Source: an uncultured Acidobacteriota bacterium
GTDB taxonomy: Bacteria; Acidobacteriota; UBA6911
Assembly (NCBI GenBank): GCA_963827655.1
Contig: CAWHCF010000002.1
Location: forward strand, 1-64,000
Direction of reading: 5' to 3'
Length of the DNA: 64,000 bases
The translations under genes and the position numbers were made by a program. Position 1 is the stretch's first letter; every line of letters starts with the position of its first letter. Below are positions 1 through 9,936 of this stretch, piece by piece. The notes beneath the pieces are model-generated. The model ran no database searches. It had not been told where the DNA came from and was given only the letters and a program-made list of their open reading frames with translations.

Positions 1-50
1 CGGTTGCAGAGCGGTGTGCGTATGTGCTGCAAGCGCTGGCAAACAGCAAC

Positions 51-128
51 GCCTAACCCTTCGTTGCACCCGACGCGCTGCGCCTGGCTGCGCCAGGCTC
101 CGCGCGCGGGTGAACTCAAACGTTGGGC
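51..128 (+). mobile_element. Integron attC recombination site
   Basis: R'' GCCTAAC (51-57) and R' GTTGGGC (122-128). Inner arms GTTGCACCCG / CGGGTGAAC pair with an extra base, and the centre is a GCCTGG/CCAGGC hairpin. The upstream ORF (…LQALANSNA*) stops inside R''. Confidence 0.85.
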
Positions 129-143
129 GGACTCGGATCGGGC

Positions 144-896
144 ATGCTCATAGAAATCGGACATGTGGAGGCGATCTTCCGGTATCCCGTGAAGTCCATG
201 GGCGGCGAACGACTCGAGGTCGCCAAGCTGGGCTGGCACGGCCTCGATGGTGACAGACGCCTGGCATTCCGGCGGATTGATGACCGCAGCGGGTTCCCGT
301 GGCTAACAGCAAGCAAGCTTCCCGATCTGCTCCTGTTTGCTCCGCGCCGCCGTGAAGACGGTGCTCAGGGAGACCTTCCTACGCATATTCGCACGCCGGA
401 TGGCGAAGAGATGCCTGTCTTCGGGGAGGACTTGGCCACGGAGGTCGGACGTCGGTACGGGGCTCCCGTGCAGATGATGCAGTTGAATCATGGCATCTTC
501 GATGAAGCGAGCATCTCCGTGATCGCCTTCGATACGGTGCGCGAGATCGGACGACTCGCGGGGCGGAGCCCGGATGTGCGACGATTTCGCCCGAATGTTG
601 TAGTTCGTTTACTGCGATCGGTTCCCTTCCAGGAGGACGAGTGGTTGGGCGGTGTGCTCTCATTCGGCGAGGGGGACGACGCCCCCGCCATCACCGTCAC
701 GATGCGCGACGTTCGCTGCTCGATGGTGAACCTTGATCCCGACTCAGCAAGTCCTGCGCCAGAAGTGCTGAAGGCGGTCGTTCGTGCGAACCAGAACAAC
801 GCGGGAATCTACGGCGCGGTCACTCGCATCGGTCGACTGGCGGTCGGACAGACCATACTCCTCCGTGCGGCGAGCGAGAAAAGGGAACGCGGGTGA
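144..896 (+). CDS. MOSC domain-containing protein (probable gene cassette)
   Basis: Motifs RYPVKSMGGE, GDRR, RRFRPN and RCSMVN. The ATG lies 15 nt after the attC R' box. Confidence 0.9.
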   Translation: MLIEIGHVEAIFRYPVKSMGGERLEVAKLGWHGLDGDRRLAFRRIDDRSGFPWLTASKLPDLLLFAPRRREDGAQGDLPTHIRTPDGEEMPVFGEDLATEVGRRYGAPVQMMQLNHGIFDEASISVIAFDTVREIGRLAGRSPDVRRFRPNVVVRLLRSVPFQEDEWLGGVLSFGEGDDAPAITVTMRDVRCSMVNLDPDSASPAPEVLKAVVRANQNNAGIYGAVTRIGRLAVGQTILLRAASEKRERG

Positions 897-919
897 TCGA
901 AACACATGTCCCGGAACGC

Positions 920-965
920 CGCCCAAACCCGGCGTTGCAGCTGATGAACGCCAGTAACGCCGTAG
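920..965 (+). mobile_element. Degenerate attC-like remnant
   Basis: GCCCAAAC-CCGGCGTTGCAGCTGA resembles an attC left arm and TGAACGCC resembles L'. No clear R' box is present. Confidence 0.4.
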
Positions 966-1245
966 TGTTTAGGGACATGACGCCACTTGTCAGTATAGTC
1001 GGCGTATCGGAGAAGTGGAGGAACTGGGATGGTTCCTTGCGGATGCCCCGCCACTTGTACGGTTTGCGCGTAGTACGTTCAGTGAGCACGTGAGGCTGGA
1101 GCTACGTGGTGTGGTTCGTGACAGCGTGCTCGGGCCCCAGCCTTTTGCTGGACGGCTCAATCGCGAAATCCAATAAACCGACGCCAATGACGTTTATAAT
1201 GACGCTCTCAATGTCCATTTCAACTCTAAGAGGAGTTCTCAACCG

Positions 1246-2442
1246 ATGTTCAGACAGGCTTCTCGGATCGTTCTCTTATGCGGTCTCGCTTCAGGACTAA
1301 CCACCCGGGCCACGCCCCAACGAGAAATCGACAAGTCTTCATCACCGACGGTCTCAACCCAGTTGGCCTCATCATCCCCTGAATCGCAAGGGGTCAACCC
1401 TGACCAACTGGCGTCGGCCTTTCGTCACGCCGGTTCGCTTCGCCCGCTGCTGAGCTTGCTCGTCTTGAAAAACAACGTCTTGATCGGAGAGGAGTACTTT
1501 CACGGCGCAACCCGCGACAGCGCTTACAATATCAAGTCAGTTTCAAAGAGCATCCTGTCGGCGCTGACCGGAGTCGCTCTCAGAGAAGGGTTCATCAAGA
1601 GTCTTGATGAACCCGTTTCAACCTTCTTCCCAGAATACTTCAGACCCCTCGACCAGAGTCAGATTGGCTGGGCCAGCCTGCGAGTTGAAACAGATCGCGA
1701 AAGACCTAAGGTGACGATAAGGCATCTCCTCACTCATACTTCCGGGTGGATCTGGGATGAGAATCAAATGCTCTTCTCTGCCTGGCTCTGGAGCACTGAT
1801 TACCTCCGTTTCTTCTTTGAGCTGCCGATTCACGGAAAGATCGGCGAAAGGTTTGTCTACAACACAGGGGGGACTCATGCGCTGTCGGCCCTCCTGGCCC
1901 GGGCCAGCAGGATGACAACCAAGGAGTTCGCCGAGCGATACCTGCTTGGGCCTGCGGGCATGGAAGTAAAGCGTTGGGATCGTGCCCCTGAAGGGACATA
2001 CATTGGGGGCGCTGAGATGCACTTCACGGCCCGCGACATGGCCAAGTTCGGCCTTCTCTACTTGAACCATGGGCGCTTGTGGGATAGACAGATTCTGACC
2101 GAGGAGTGGGTGCGGGAATCAACGTCAGAACGTGTAAAGGCCAGTTATGACGCTCGCAAAGACGTAGAAGTGCCGGAGAGCTGGATCTGGTCCTACCTCC
2201 AGCCAGGTCACTTTACCGGCTACGGTTACCTCTGGTGGCGACGGGACTCGGCAGGTTACGAAACCTACGTTGCGCTGGGGTACGGTGGTCAGTTTATCTT
2301 CGTGATCCCAGAGCTGAAAGCCGTCCTGGTTGCCACGTCCGCGTGGGATCGGGCAACCAATCCGAATCGCATGGCGCACTATCTGTCTTTCTTCGAGGTC
2401 TTCGACAAAGAGATCATTCCGGCGATCCGGCTCTCAAAGTGA
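1246..2442 (+). CDS. Serine hydrolase, beta-lactamase class C-like family, secreted
   Basis: Signal peptide, SVSK (SxxK), LLTHTSG, YN, ARDMAKFG, YGYLWW and GYGGQ motifs. AGGAG RBS upstream. Confidence 0.9.
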   Translation: MFRQASRIVLLCGLASGLTTRATPQREIDKSSSPTVSTQLASSSPESQGVNPDQLASAFRHAGSLRPLLSLLVLKNNVLIGEEYFHGATRDSAYNIKSVSKSILSALTGVALREGFIKSLDEPVSTFFPEYFRPLDQSQIGWASLRVETDRERPKVTIRHLLTHTSGWIWDENQMLFSAWLWSTDYLRFFFELPIHGKIGERFVYNTGGTHALSALLARASRMTTKEFAERYLLGPAGMEVKRWDRAPEGTYIGGAEMHFTARDMAKFGLLYLNHGRLWDRQILTEEWVRESTSERVKASYDARKDVEVPESWIWSYLQPGHFTGYGYLWWRRDSAGYETYVALGYGGQFIFVIPELKAVLVATSAWDRATNPNRMAHYLSFFEVFDKEIIPAIRLSK

Positions 2443-2659
2443 CTGGATCAGGAAGCCTCCTCGCCCATTCCCTCAGAGGTTGTTGGCGCCGCGGAAGAGG
2501 GTCGCCGGATCGGTCCCGGCTCGCTTGACTGCCCGTAAGAAGACCATTGTTTTCCATCATCGCGACGGGGGCCCGGTATATTACAGCCCTATTCGCGCCG
2601 CTACTCGATTTGAACATGTGGTCGGGTACTGATGTCTGTTTCTTCGCTTCCAATACGCC

Positions 2660-2842
2660 GTGTCATGCATGCTCGGGACGGAGGCGAGTGAGTTGAATCG
2701 ACTCATTTCTACAGCAGCCGTAGTACTGACGTTCGTCCTTGCTCAGCCGGCAATCGGAAACGCGGCCGAGATCCAAGTCTGGACGGCACTAGCGATTGCG
2801 ACCGTGCTCGCCGAGATCGGCTCCATGGAGCCGGCGCTCTAA
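2660..2842 (+). pseudogene. N-terminal fragment of a ModA-like substrate-binding protein
   Basis: Signal peptide followed by AEIQVWTALAIATVLAEIG, then an early stop. The TAA falls in CTCTAAC-CACGCCATGCAG, which resembles an attC left arm. Confidence 0.45.
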
Positions 2843-2897
2843 CCACGCCATGCAGGCCCTGCGGCGGCTCCGCCTCGAACAACCAGTCAATCCTGGC

Positions 2898-2996
2898 TTA
2901 ACAATTCCGCTGCTCAAAGCAAGCCCCAGCTGACACCCGATCTTCACATTTTTTAACCAGGACATTCATTTTTTTGTAGCACAGCGCGGATACCAT
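2898..2996 (+). promoter_or_regulatory. Putative Pho-box-like repeats and -10 upstream of the plcP-like gene
   Basis: TTAACA (2898), TTCACA (2943) and TTAACC (2953), with a possible -10 TACCAT at 2991. Spacing is 10 nt across a T-run. Confidence 0.4.
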
Positions 2997-3055
2997 ATGT
3001 AGCGCTGACGACGTGTAGCTAGCGCTATTGGTGGTAGTCACGGGGTCTTTCGAAA

Positions 3056-3895
3056 ATGATTCCACGAGTCCGCACCGTCTGGATTTCCGATATCCATCTT
3101 GGATTTCGAGGCTGCAGCGCCGATCGTTTACTCGACTTTCTGCACTCGGTTGAATCCGACTTTCTCTATCTCGTCGGCGACATCATTGATGTCCTGGAGA
3201 TGAGGCGACGGCTGTTCTGGCCGCGGTCTCACAACCAGGTCGTCCGTACCATTCTGGGAAAGGCCAAGCGCGGAACTAATGTGATTTACGTGCCCGGAAA
3301 TCACGACGAGCTTTTTCGGGATTACTGCGGCACGGTGTTCGGGAACATCCGGGTCACCCGGGAAGCGATCCACATCAAAGCCGACGGCCAACGCTTCCTC
3401 GTCGTCCACGGCGACAAATTCGACAGCGTCGTGCGTTGCTCGAAGGCCCTGGAACTCCTGGGAAGCCGGTTGTACCACTGGCTGCTACAGGCCAACACCG
3501 CCGTCCACTTTGTGCGCCGGAAGATGGGGCTGCCGTACTGGTCACTTGCCGCGTTCATGAAAAACAAGGTGAAGAAAGCGGTGCAGTACATCAGCAACTT
3601 CGAGGCTGGCGTCGCATTCGAAGCCGGACGTCTCGGCGTCGACGGCGTTGTGTGCGGGCACATTCACCGCGCGGAGATCACGAAAATCAACGGTGTCGTT
3701 TATTGTAACTGCGGGGATTGGGTTGAAAGCTGCACCGCCCTGATCGAGCACTATGACGGCCGGCTCGAGCTATTCGTGTGGCCCGACTCCAGAGACCGGC
3801 TCACGCCCATCGGCGAACCCGCTGATGAGCCCCTGACGCTTACCGCGCAGGCAGAGGAGCCGGCCCCCGAGCTGGAGGAACCCGTCAATGTCTAA
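3056..3895 (+). CDS. plcP: PlcP/LpxH-like metallophosphoesterase (probable phospholipase C of lipid remodelling)
   Basis: Motifs WISDIHLG, GDIID, PGNHD, HGD, CGHIH and NCGDWVESCTAL. Clustered with an agt-like GT4 gene. Confidence 0.75.
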   Translation: MIPRVRTVWISDIHLGFRGCSADRLLDFLHSVESDFLYLVGDIIDVLEMRRRLFWPRSHNQVVRTILGKAKRGTNVIYVPGNHDELFRDYCGTVFGNIRVTREAIHIKADGQRFLVVHGDKFDSVVRCSKALELLGSRLYHWLLQANTAVHFVRRKMGLPYWSLAAFMKNKVKKAVQYISNFEAGVAFEAGRLGVDGVVCGHIHRAEITKINGVVYCNCGDWVESCTALIEHYDGRLELFVWPDSRDRLTPIGEPADEPLTLTAQAEEPAPELEEPVNV

Positions 3896-3934
3896 GAGTT
3901 GGCCGCCGACGGCGTCCGCGCAATGGAGGCTCAA

Positions 3935-6212
3935 ATGATGATCGGGACCTTGCAAAGATGGTCCGCATACCAGGTCGAATCCACGGACGCGTGGCTGGCG
4001 CTCGCGCTGATCCTCGGAGCCGCGCTCCTTTTCCGTCTCGGCCGCTGGCTTCTGCTCGCGCTTGCGACTCTTCGCGCCATCGGCATGGACACCGGCCCTT
4101 GCGCGACGCCTGTCGCGCCTGGTCAAGTCCAACGATTACTCCGAGGAGAATTTCTTTCGAGCGGATGGCGCCGACGACCGCTGGGTGAACCGCCGCCGCC
4201 GGGGCTTGGATCGTCTGGCCGCGCACTTTCAGAGCCAGAACCCGCGATCCATTTCATGGGGAGACGCAATCCGGGAGGATCTATCCGACCTTCGCTTTAC
4301 GGACGCGGGAAGAGTGCCGTTCCCATTCATGCGGGTAATGCGCGACAAGTTTAACCTCTGTTCCGTCGCCACGGAGTCAGACGGGCCCCGCCTGCGCGAT
4401 CTGGACGATCACTGGACACTCGATCTTACCGGCTCGTATGGCGTAAATGTTGCCGGGTACAACCGATACAAGGAGTGGATGCAGAAAGGCTGGGAGCGCG
4501 TCAAGCACCTGGGCGCCGTGCTGGGTCCGCTCCATCCGGTGGTAGCCGAGAACATCGCAATCCTGAAATCCATCTCCAATCTGGATGAAGTGTCGTTTCA
4601 CATGAGCGGCACCGAAGCCGTCATGGCCGCCGTCCGGCTGGCGCGGTTCAACACCCGCCGAAGACTGATCGTGTGCTTCGCGGGAGCTTATCATGGCTGG
4701 TGGGACGGCGTGCAACCGGGGCTCGGAAGCGAGCGCGACATCGGCGACTGCCTCACGCTCAAGGACCTGCATCCGGCGTCGCTCGACATCATCCGACGGC
4801 GCGCGCACGAGATCGCCGGCGTCCTGGTAAATCCGATCCAGACTTTTCATCCGAACGCGCCGCCGCCCAGCGATGCCATCCTGGTGACCAGCACGATCCG
4901 GAAAACCGAGGACGGTCATGCGCGGTATGCGAAGTGGCTGAGCCAGCTGCGCGACGTCTGCACGGCGGGCGACGTTCCACTTATCTTCGACGAGGTCTAT
5001 TCCGGATTCCGGCTCGCTCCCCGTGGCGCGCAGGAGTACTTCAAAATCCAGGCTGACCTCGTCATCTACGGCAAGACGGTCGGCGGCGGCACACCCATCG
5101 GCGTTGTCTGCGGCAAGAAGCAGTTGATGCGCCGCTTCGACCCTGATCGCCCGATGCGGATCGCATACGTGATCGGCACGTTTTCCGCGCATCCTCATGT
5201 CATGGGCGCCATGAACGAGTTCCTGCGCTGGGTGACCGAACCCGCCACGGCGAGGTTGTATGAGCAAGCAAATGAACGCTGCACCCAGTGGGCTTGCGAC
5301 ACCAACGAACGCCTCGCCGAGGACCAGCTGCCGATGCGGGTCGCCCGCCTGGCAACCGTCTGGACTGTGCTATTCCTGCAGCCCAGCCGCTATAACTGGC
5401 TCCTCCAGTACTATCTACGAGCGGAGGGGGTCACACTCAGCTGGGTGGGGACCGGACGCTGCCTGAGCAACATGGACTTCACGGAAGAGCATTACCAGGA
5501 ACTTCAAACCAAGCTCTTGAAAGCGGCCTGGAGCATGAAGCAAGACGGCTGGTGGTTGACGGAGCAAGAGCAACCGGGGAGGGAAAAGAAGATGCGGATT
5601 GGCCTGATCAAGGAAACGTTCGGGAGTGTTGTGCAGGTGCCAAAGCCATTACGGGGTTTCTATGCGGAAGTTATGCGACGGAAGCACGACGACCACGTCG
5701 CGTCGCACAGTCATCCGGTCAATCAATTCTTGCATATCGTCAGCTCCAGCGTGTTCCTCTATTGTTACTTCCTTATCTTCACGGACCTGACGACTGCGGT
5801 CGCGTGCAGCCTCGCCGCGCTCTTTCTCAGGCAATTTGGCCACGCCGTCATCGAACCTCCGTGCCATGACAAAGAAGACCTCCTTTTGGGATTCAATACC
5901 CCGAACAAGACGCTCATCGTCGCCGGATATCTGCTGATCCCGATCATCAATATGATCCAGGGGGGTGTTTGGACCTTTGATACGCTGTGGGAAAAGATTC
6001 CGGCAATCGCCCGACAGTGGTTCGGTCTGACGCTAGTGGTCGTGCTCGGGCGAGTCGTCTATTTGGCCTGGATCCACAATTTTCGCGTTTCGATGATCTG
6101 GTTCGTGAAGCTCGTGACAGACCCCATCACTGACATCCTGGCCTACACGCCGCGCTATCTGAGTCCGTTGGCCTCTCTGTTGCCGTCTGCCCGGAGGCAC
6201 AAGGCCCAGTGA
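3935..6212 (+). CDS. Class III PLP aminotransferase (GSA-aminomutase-like) with N-terminal TM helix and C-terminal Mpo1/DUF962-like membrane domain; frameshift near 4082
   Basis: SGTEA, YHGW, FDEVYSGFR and GKTVGGG (PLP Lys). The C-terminus has HVASHSHPVNQFLH…RQFGH. Removing one G at about 4082 joins LATLRAI to AWTPALARR. GGAGG RBS at 3925. Confidence 0.8.
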
Positions 6213-6793
6213 ACGCGTGGTATCTGGTGGTGGCGGCTGCCGCCCTCAGTCTCGAGCGCATATGTTACCTCTGGGTGTGGCATCGCCCGGAGGCGTTTCG
6301 CCGCTTTTGCTCGAAGCCCCGCGTGGCGGCTCACGGCGAGCCGATCGACGTCCTCTGCAAACTCTTTTACGGGTTCAAATGCCTTCAGATCACCGTGTTT
6401 TTCGGCTGGTGTCACGTCTATGGTCATGGGTCGCTCTTCCCGCCCGCTCGGGAGATGGTGTGGATAGGGATGGGGGGAACGTTGATGCTGATCGGGCAGT
6501 TATTGAATTTCAGCGTGTTTCACCGTCTGGGAAAGATCGGCGTCTTTTATGGAAACAAGTTCGGCTATTCGATTCCCTGGTGCGACACGTTTCCGTTTTC
6601 GCTCCTTAGCCATCCGCAATACGTGGGCGCCGTGATCACAATCTGGGGGTTCTTCATCGCCACACGGTTCCCCTTTGAGGACTGGTTCGTCCTGCCCGTC
6701 CTTCAGACCGCGTACTATCTGGTGGGAGCGTACCTGGAGCGGCCGCGGGAGTTTCCTCAAACGATTCCAGCTCGAGACGAATCCCTCTGCTGA
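6209..6793 (+). CDS. PEMT/Opi3/PLMT-type phospholipid N-methyltransferase
   Basis: Multi-TM protein with GVFYG, FPFS and HPQYVG motifs. GTGA overlap couples it to the upstream gene. Confidence 0.8.
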   Translation: MNAWYLVVAAAALSLERICYLWVWHRPEAFRRFCSKPRVAAHGEPIDVLCKLFYGFKCLQITVFFGWCHVYGHGSLFPPAREMVWIGMGGTLMLIGQLLNFSVFHRLGKIGVFYGNKFGYSIPWCDTFPFSLLSHPQYVGAVITIWGFFIATRFPFEDWFVLPVLQTAYYLVGAYLERPREFPQTIPARDESLC

Positions 6794-6895
6794 TTTCCCG
6801 CGCCGTGAGTTTGAGTCATCGCCATAATCTCTTCCGCGGCCGTGCCGGTGGAACCGGGGTTGGATAGATGGTTGGAGAAACTCCTGGATCCGGCT

Positions 6896-7900
6896 TCACC
6901 CATGCCCAATCGGTTCAAGGTGCCCGACAAAGACCTCCGCGCAGGCCTTCCAGGAAAACCCAAGGGCGTATTCTCTGCACGCGCGGGGGGAGATTTTGAG
7001 GCATTGCTCAGCCGCCTGGGCAAGATCTTCGGACAGCACGCCGACCTGGGAATCTCCAATCACGTCCTTGGGACCCGTGACCGGATAGGCCGCGACCGGG
7101 ATGCCGGAAGCCAAGGCTTCCAGAATGACCAGGCCAAAGGTATCGGTCCGGCTGGGGAAAACAAAGACATCGCTCGCGGCAAAGTACAGCGCGAGCTCTT
7201 CGCCGAATTTGGCACGGGCGAATTGTGCCTGGGGATACTCCGAAATTAATGTCTCCAATTCAGGGCCGTCGCCTACTACCAGTTTGGTGCCTTCGAGCTC
7301 GAGGTCCAGAAAGGCGCGGATATTTTTCTCTACGGCCACACGGCCGACATACAGATAAATCGGGCGGCGGAAAGGAAGGAACCCTTTATCCCTTGGCCTG
7401 AATCGCTCGCTATCGACTCCCCGGTACCACGGAACGAGATTTTGAAACCCGCGCAGGGAGAGTTCCTCACGCAGCGTCTGGGTCGCCACCATCGTCCGCC
7501 GGGCGGCTCCATGAAACCAGCGAACCGCTCGGTAGGTCAAGAAAACGGGAATCCGCGTCCGGGCATGGATATATTCAGGAAAGCGAGTGTGAAAGGACGT
7601 CGTGAACGGAAGTTCTCTTCTTAAACAGTAGCTTCGGGCGGCAAGGCCGAGCGGACCTTCAGTTGCGATATGAATGGCGGCGGCTCGCGAGGAGTCCAGG
7701 ATATCTTCCACTCTTCTGCCCGCTCCGACGGCCAGACGGATCTCCGGATAGGTAGGACACGGAATGGTCTTGAACCGGTCGGGGCTGACCACGTGGACCT
7801 GGTGGCCCATCCCCACAAGTTCCTTGCCAACCGTGCTCAGGGTGGTCACGACTCCGTTGACCTGGGGAAACCAGGCGTCCGAAACAATGGAAATTCTCAT
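6896..7900 (-). CDS. GT4 glycosyltransferase, Agt-like (diacylglycerol glycosyltransferase candidate)
   Basis: Motifs SDAWFPQVNGVV, HIATEGPLG, HTRFPEY, VGRVAVEKN and DTFGLVILEA. Confidence 0.88.
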   Translation of the reverse strand: MRISIVSDAWFPQVNGVVTTLSTVGKELVGMGHQVHVVSPDRFKTIPCPTYPEIRLAVGAGRRVEDILDSSRAAAIHIATEGPLGLAARSYCLRRELPFTTSFHTRFPEYIHARTRIPVFLTYRAVRWFHGAARRTMVATQTLREELSLRGFQNLVPWYRGVDSERFRPRDKGFLPFRRPIYLYVGRVAVEKNIRAFLDLELEGTKLVVGDGPELETLISEYPQAQFARAKFGEELALYFAASDVFVFPSRTDTFGLVILEALASGIPVAAYPVTGPKDVIGDSQVGVLSEDLAQAAEQCLKISPRACREYALGFSWKACAEVFVGHLEPIGHG

Positions 7901-8163
7901 TGGGTCGTAAGACCAGCCTGGAACTGGGCGGCTGCGGCCCTCATGCCGGTGAACTGTCTCCAGACGAGCGTCGCGTCTTCGAGTAGGTATGGGTGTTCGC
8001 AATTATCGACCGCTTGGGTCGGGCGCCGCGGCCTCCGATGCGAAGCGACCGATCCCTCCGTCCAGTCTTCTCCGCCCGCCACGCGGACTTCCTTGAAGAT
8101 TCAAGCAACGAGCGCGGTCTTCCCACCCAAGCCACATTCATCCTCGGGTTGTTCACAGCCTGA

Positions 8164-8216
8164 ATTCTAAGGATTGATGTGAACTAACTGCGAAAGCGGG
8201 GTAAATTCCTTGTAAA
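8164..8216 (-). promoter_or_regulatory. Four-unit Pho-box-like array plus -10
   Basis: The minus strand reads TTTACA-aggaa-TTTACC-ccgct-TTCGCA-gttag-TTCACA with an exact 11-nt period, followed by TAGAAT 8 nt downstream. Confidence 0.65.
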
Positions 8217-8245
8217 AAGTGCGGGGGATCGAGAGTTGCCGCGCA

Positions 8246-9805
8246 TCATCCGAGGGCGCGTTCCAGAAGGTTGCGCGTGATGCGCTGCACGCGCGGGTCG
8301 GGTCCGTGCGGACGGCTCCAATGCGACCAGGGAAGCATGTGGCCAGGCGGCGTGGCCAATCCCTGGGACCAGAAGATCGTGGAAGCGTTGAAGACGAAGT
8401 TTCCCTTGGGCCCCGGGTAAATGGTCGCCGTCCACCGCGCCGGAACCGCCCCTCCTGTCAACGCCGTGCCTTCGGCCACGACTTCGAGTCCCGGGATCTC
8501 TGCGGGGTTGCCGTGGAATTCCCAGCCGACCAGGCCGGGTACCGCCTCACCTTTCTTCATTCCGGTGCCCTCGAAGATCCAGTGGCCGGGCTTGGTGCAG
8601 ATCCAGTCACCGCCGCCGTTGAAAGGCACGATGGTCCGCGCCCCGATAATCAGGCTCTCGTCCGGACCAGCGTAGGGGAACGGGCCCATCATCCGACCGT
8701 AGGTCGCTTTTTCCTCTTGGGACATTTCGCCGTAGCTGGCAGCGCGAGTCAGGACCCGGTTGGGTCTGCCGTCGCTGCTATCGGAGAACGGCGTCACCAT
8801 GTAGACCGAATTTCCGCACAGCCAGAGAACATTCACGCCGGCTTGAATGGATTCCCGCACGGCCTGGTATTGGCGCAGATCCCAGTACTCATCGTGCCCC
8901 ACGCTCAGAAACGTCTTGCAGCGGGTCACGGCGGAGGGTTCGAGCACGTCCTGGTTAGAACAATAGGTGACGTCATAGCCCTGTTGCTCGAGCCAGAAGC
9001 AAAGCGGGTATTCCCACAAGAGAAACTCGCCGGAGCCGACCGACTGTGGGTTGTCGAATATCTGGACATACTTGCCGTAGGGCCGGTCGAAGCTGACGGA
9101 GACATCGGGTGCGTGCGCGCCTCTTGGATCGGTATACAGCGAATAATCGTCCGGCCAGCGATTGTAAGCCTGCCAGGTGTTGTCGCTGCACTGGAAGAGA
9201 ATGTCCGCCCGCCGGCGGTCACGCACGACAAAGATGCAGTAGCTCTGCCAGTAGGTCTCCTGCTCCTTTTCGGGCGAGGTGGAGAGCCGGCCGAGGTAGA
9301 CACCGCTCGGCCAGTCCGCCGGGATCTTCAAGGAGACGCTCGATTCCCACCGGCACTCGCGCAGACGCCGCTCGCCCACAGGCGGATCTGGCTGTTTCCG
9401 CCCCTGGAACGGTCCGAGCCGCGTCATGCTCCTCGCCCCGAGCCCGCCATAAAAACCCAACCTGAAGACCTCGATGATGAACCGTGCCGGTGGATCCGTG
9501 CTCACCTTGATGTCGAGCGTCTGGCCGGCCTCGATGCTCTGCCGGGAGCAGTAGCCTTCGATCCAGGGTGAGCGGAATCCCCGGCTGCCGCCCTGGGTAC
9601 GCACACGGGTTAGTTGCCAGTCGCGCGCGCCCTCTCTTTTGTTTTCGTTCTTGACCAGTGAGGGACTGCGAGGGGAATCCGCCTGGCTTGCCGCGATGCG
9701 GATATCCGGTCCTGACAATGCGGCGCCCATCAAGACAGACGACTGTTTGATGAACCGTCGTCTTCCCACTCCGTTGGAGAGGCTCTGTCTTCGTTTGGTA
9801 GTCAT
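8246..9805 (-). CDS. Tat-exported N,N-dimethylformamidase beta-subunit-like protein
   Basis: RRRFIK Tat motif; TWQAYNRW, VSFDRPY and SVGHDEYW motifs. Confidence 0.8.
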   Translation of the reverse strand: MTTKRRQSLSNGVGRRRFIKQSSVLMGAALSGPDIRIAASQADSPRSPSLVKNENKREGARDWQLTRVRTQGGSRGFRSPWIEGYCSRQSIEAGQTLDIKVSTDPPARFIIEVFRLGFYGGLGARSMTRLGPFQGRKQPDPPVGERRLRECRWESSVSLKIPADWPSGVYLGRLSTSPEKEQETYWQSYCIFVVRDRRRADILFQCSDNTWQAYNRWPDDYSLYTDPRGAHAPDVSVSFDRPYGKYVQIFDNPQSVGSGEFLLWEYPLCFWLEQQGYDVTYCSNQDVLEPSAVTRCKTFLSVGHDEYWDLRQYQAVRESIQAGVNVLWLCGNSVYMVTPFSDSSDGRPNRVLTRAASYGEMSQEEKATYGRMMGPFPYAGPDESLIIGARTIVPFNGGGDWICTKPGHWIFEGTGMKKGEAVPGLVGWEFHGNPAEIPGLEVVAEGTALTGGAVPARWTATIYPGPKGNFVFNASTIFWSQGLATPPGHMLPWSHWSRPHGPDPRVQRITRNLLERALG

Positions 9806-9936
9806 GTGTGTTCCCTGCAGCAGACCCGGTTGGTGCGGCGAGTGTTCGCAACCAGATCACCCCCCGCTCACTTCACCCATCCCGCCGACCCCAGCAGCGA
9901 AAGGACTTGGTAGGTACAGACTCTTCCCAACGACTT

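Noticed and set aside
893-1300. Small ORFs between the MOSC and serine hydrolase genes
   Set aside because: They have no recognisable motifs and overlap the attC-like remnant and a probable promoter (TATAAT at 1195).
8219-9571. Long antisense ORFs (also 35041-36420, 43631-44683, 51754-52785 and 62985-63788)
   Set aside because: They are shadows of well-supported genes in GC-rich DNA and carry no motifs.
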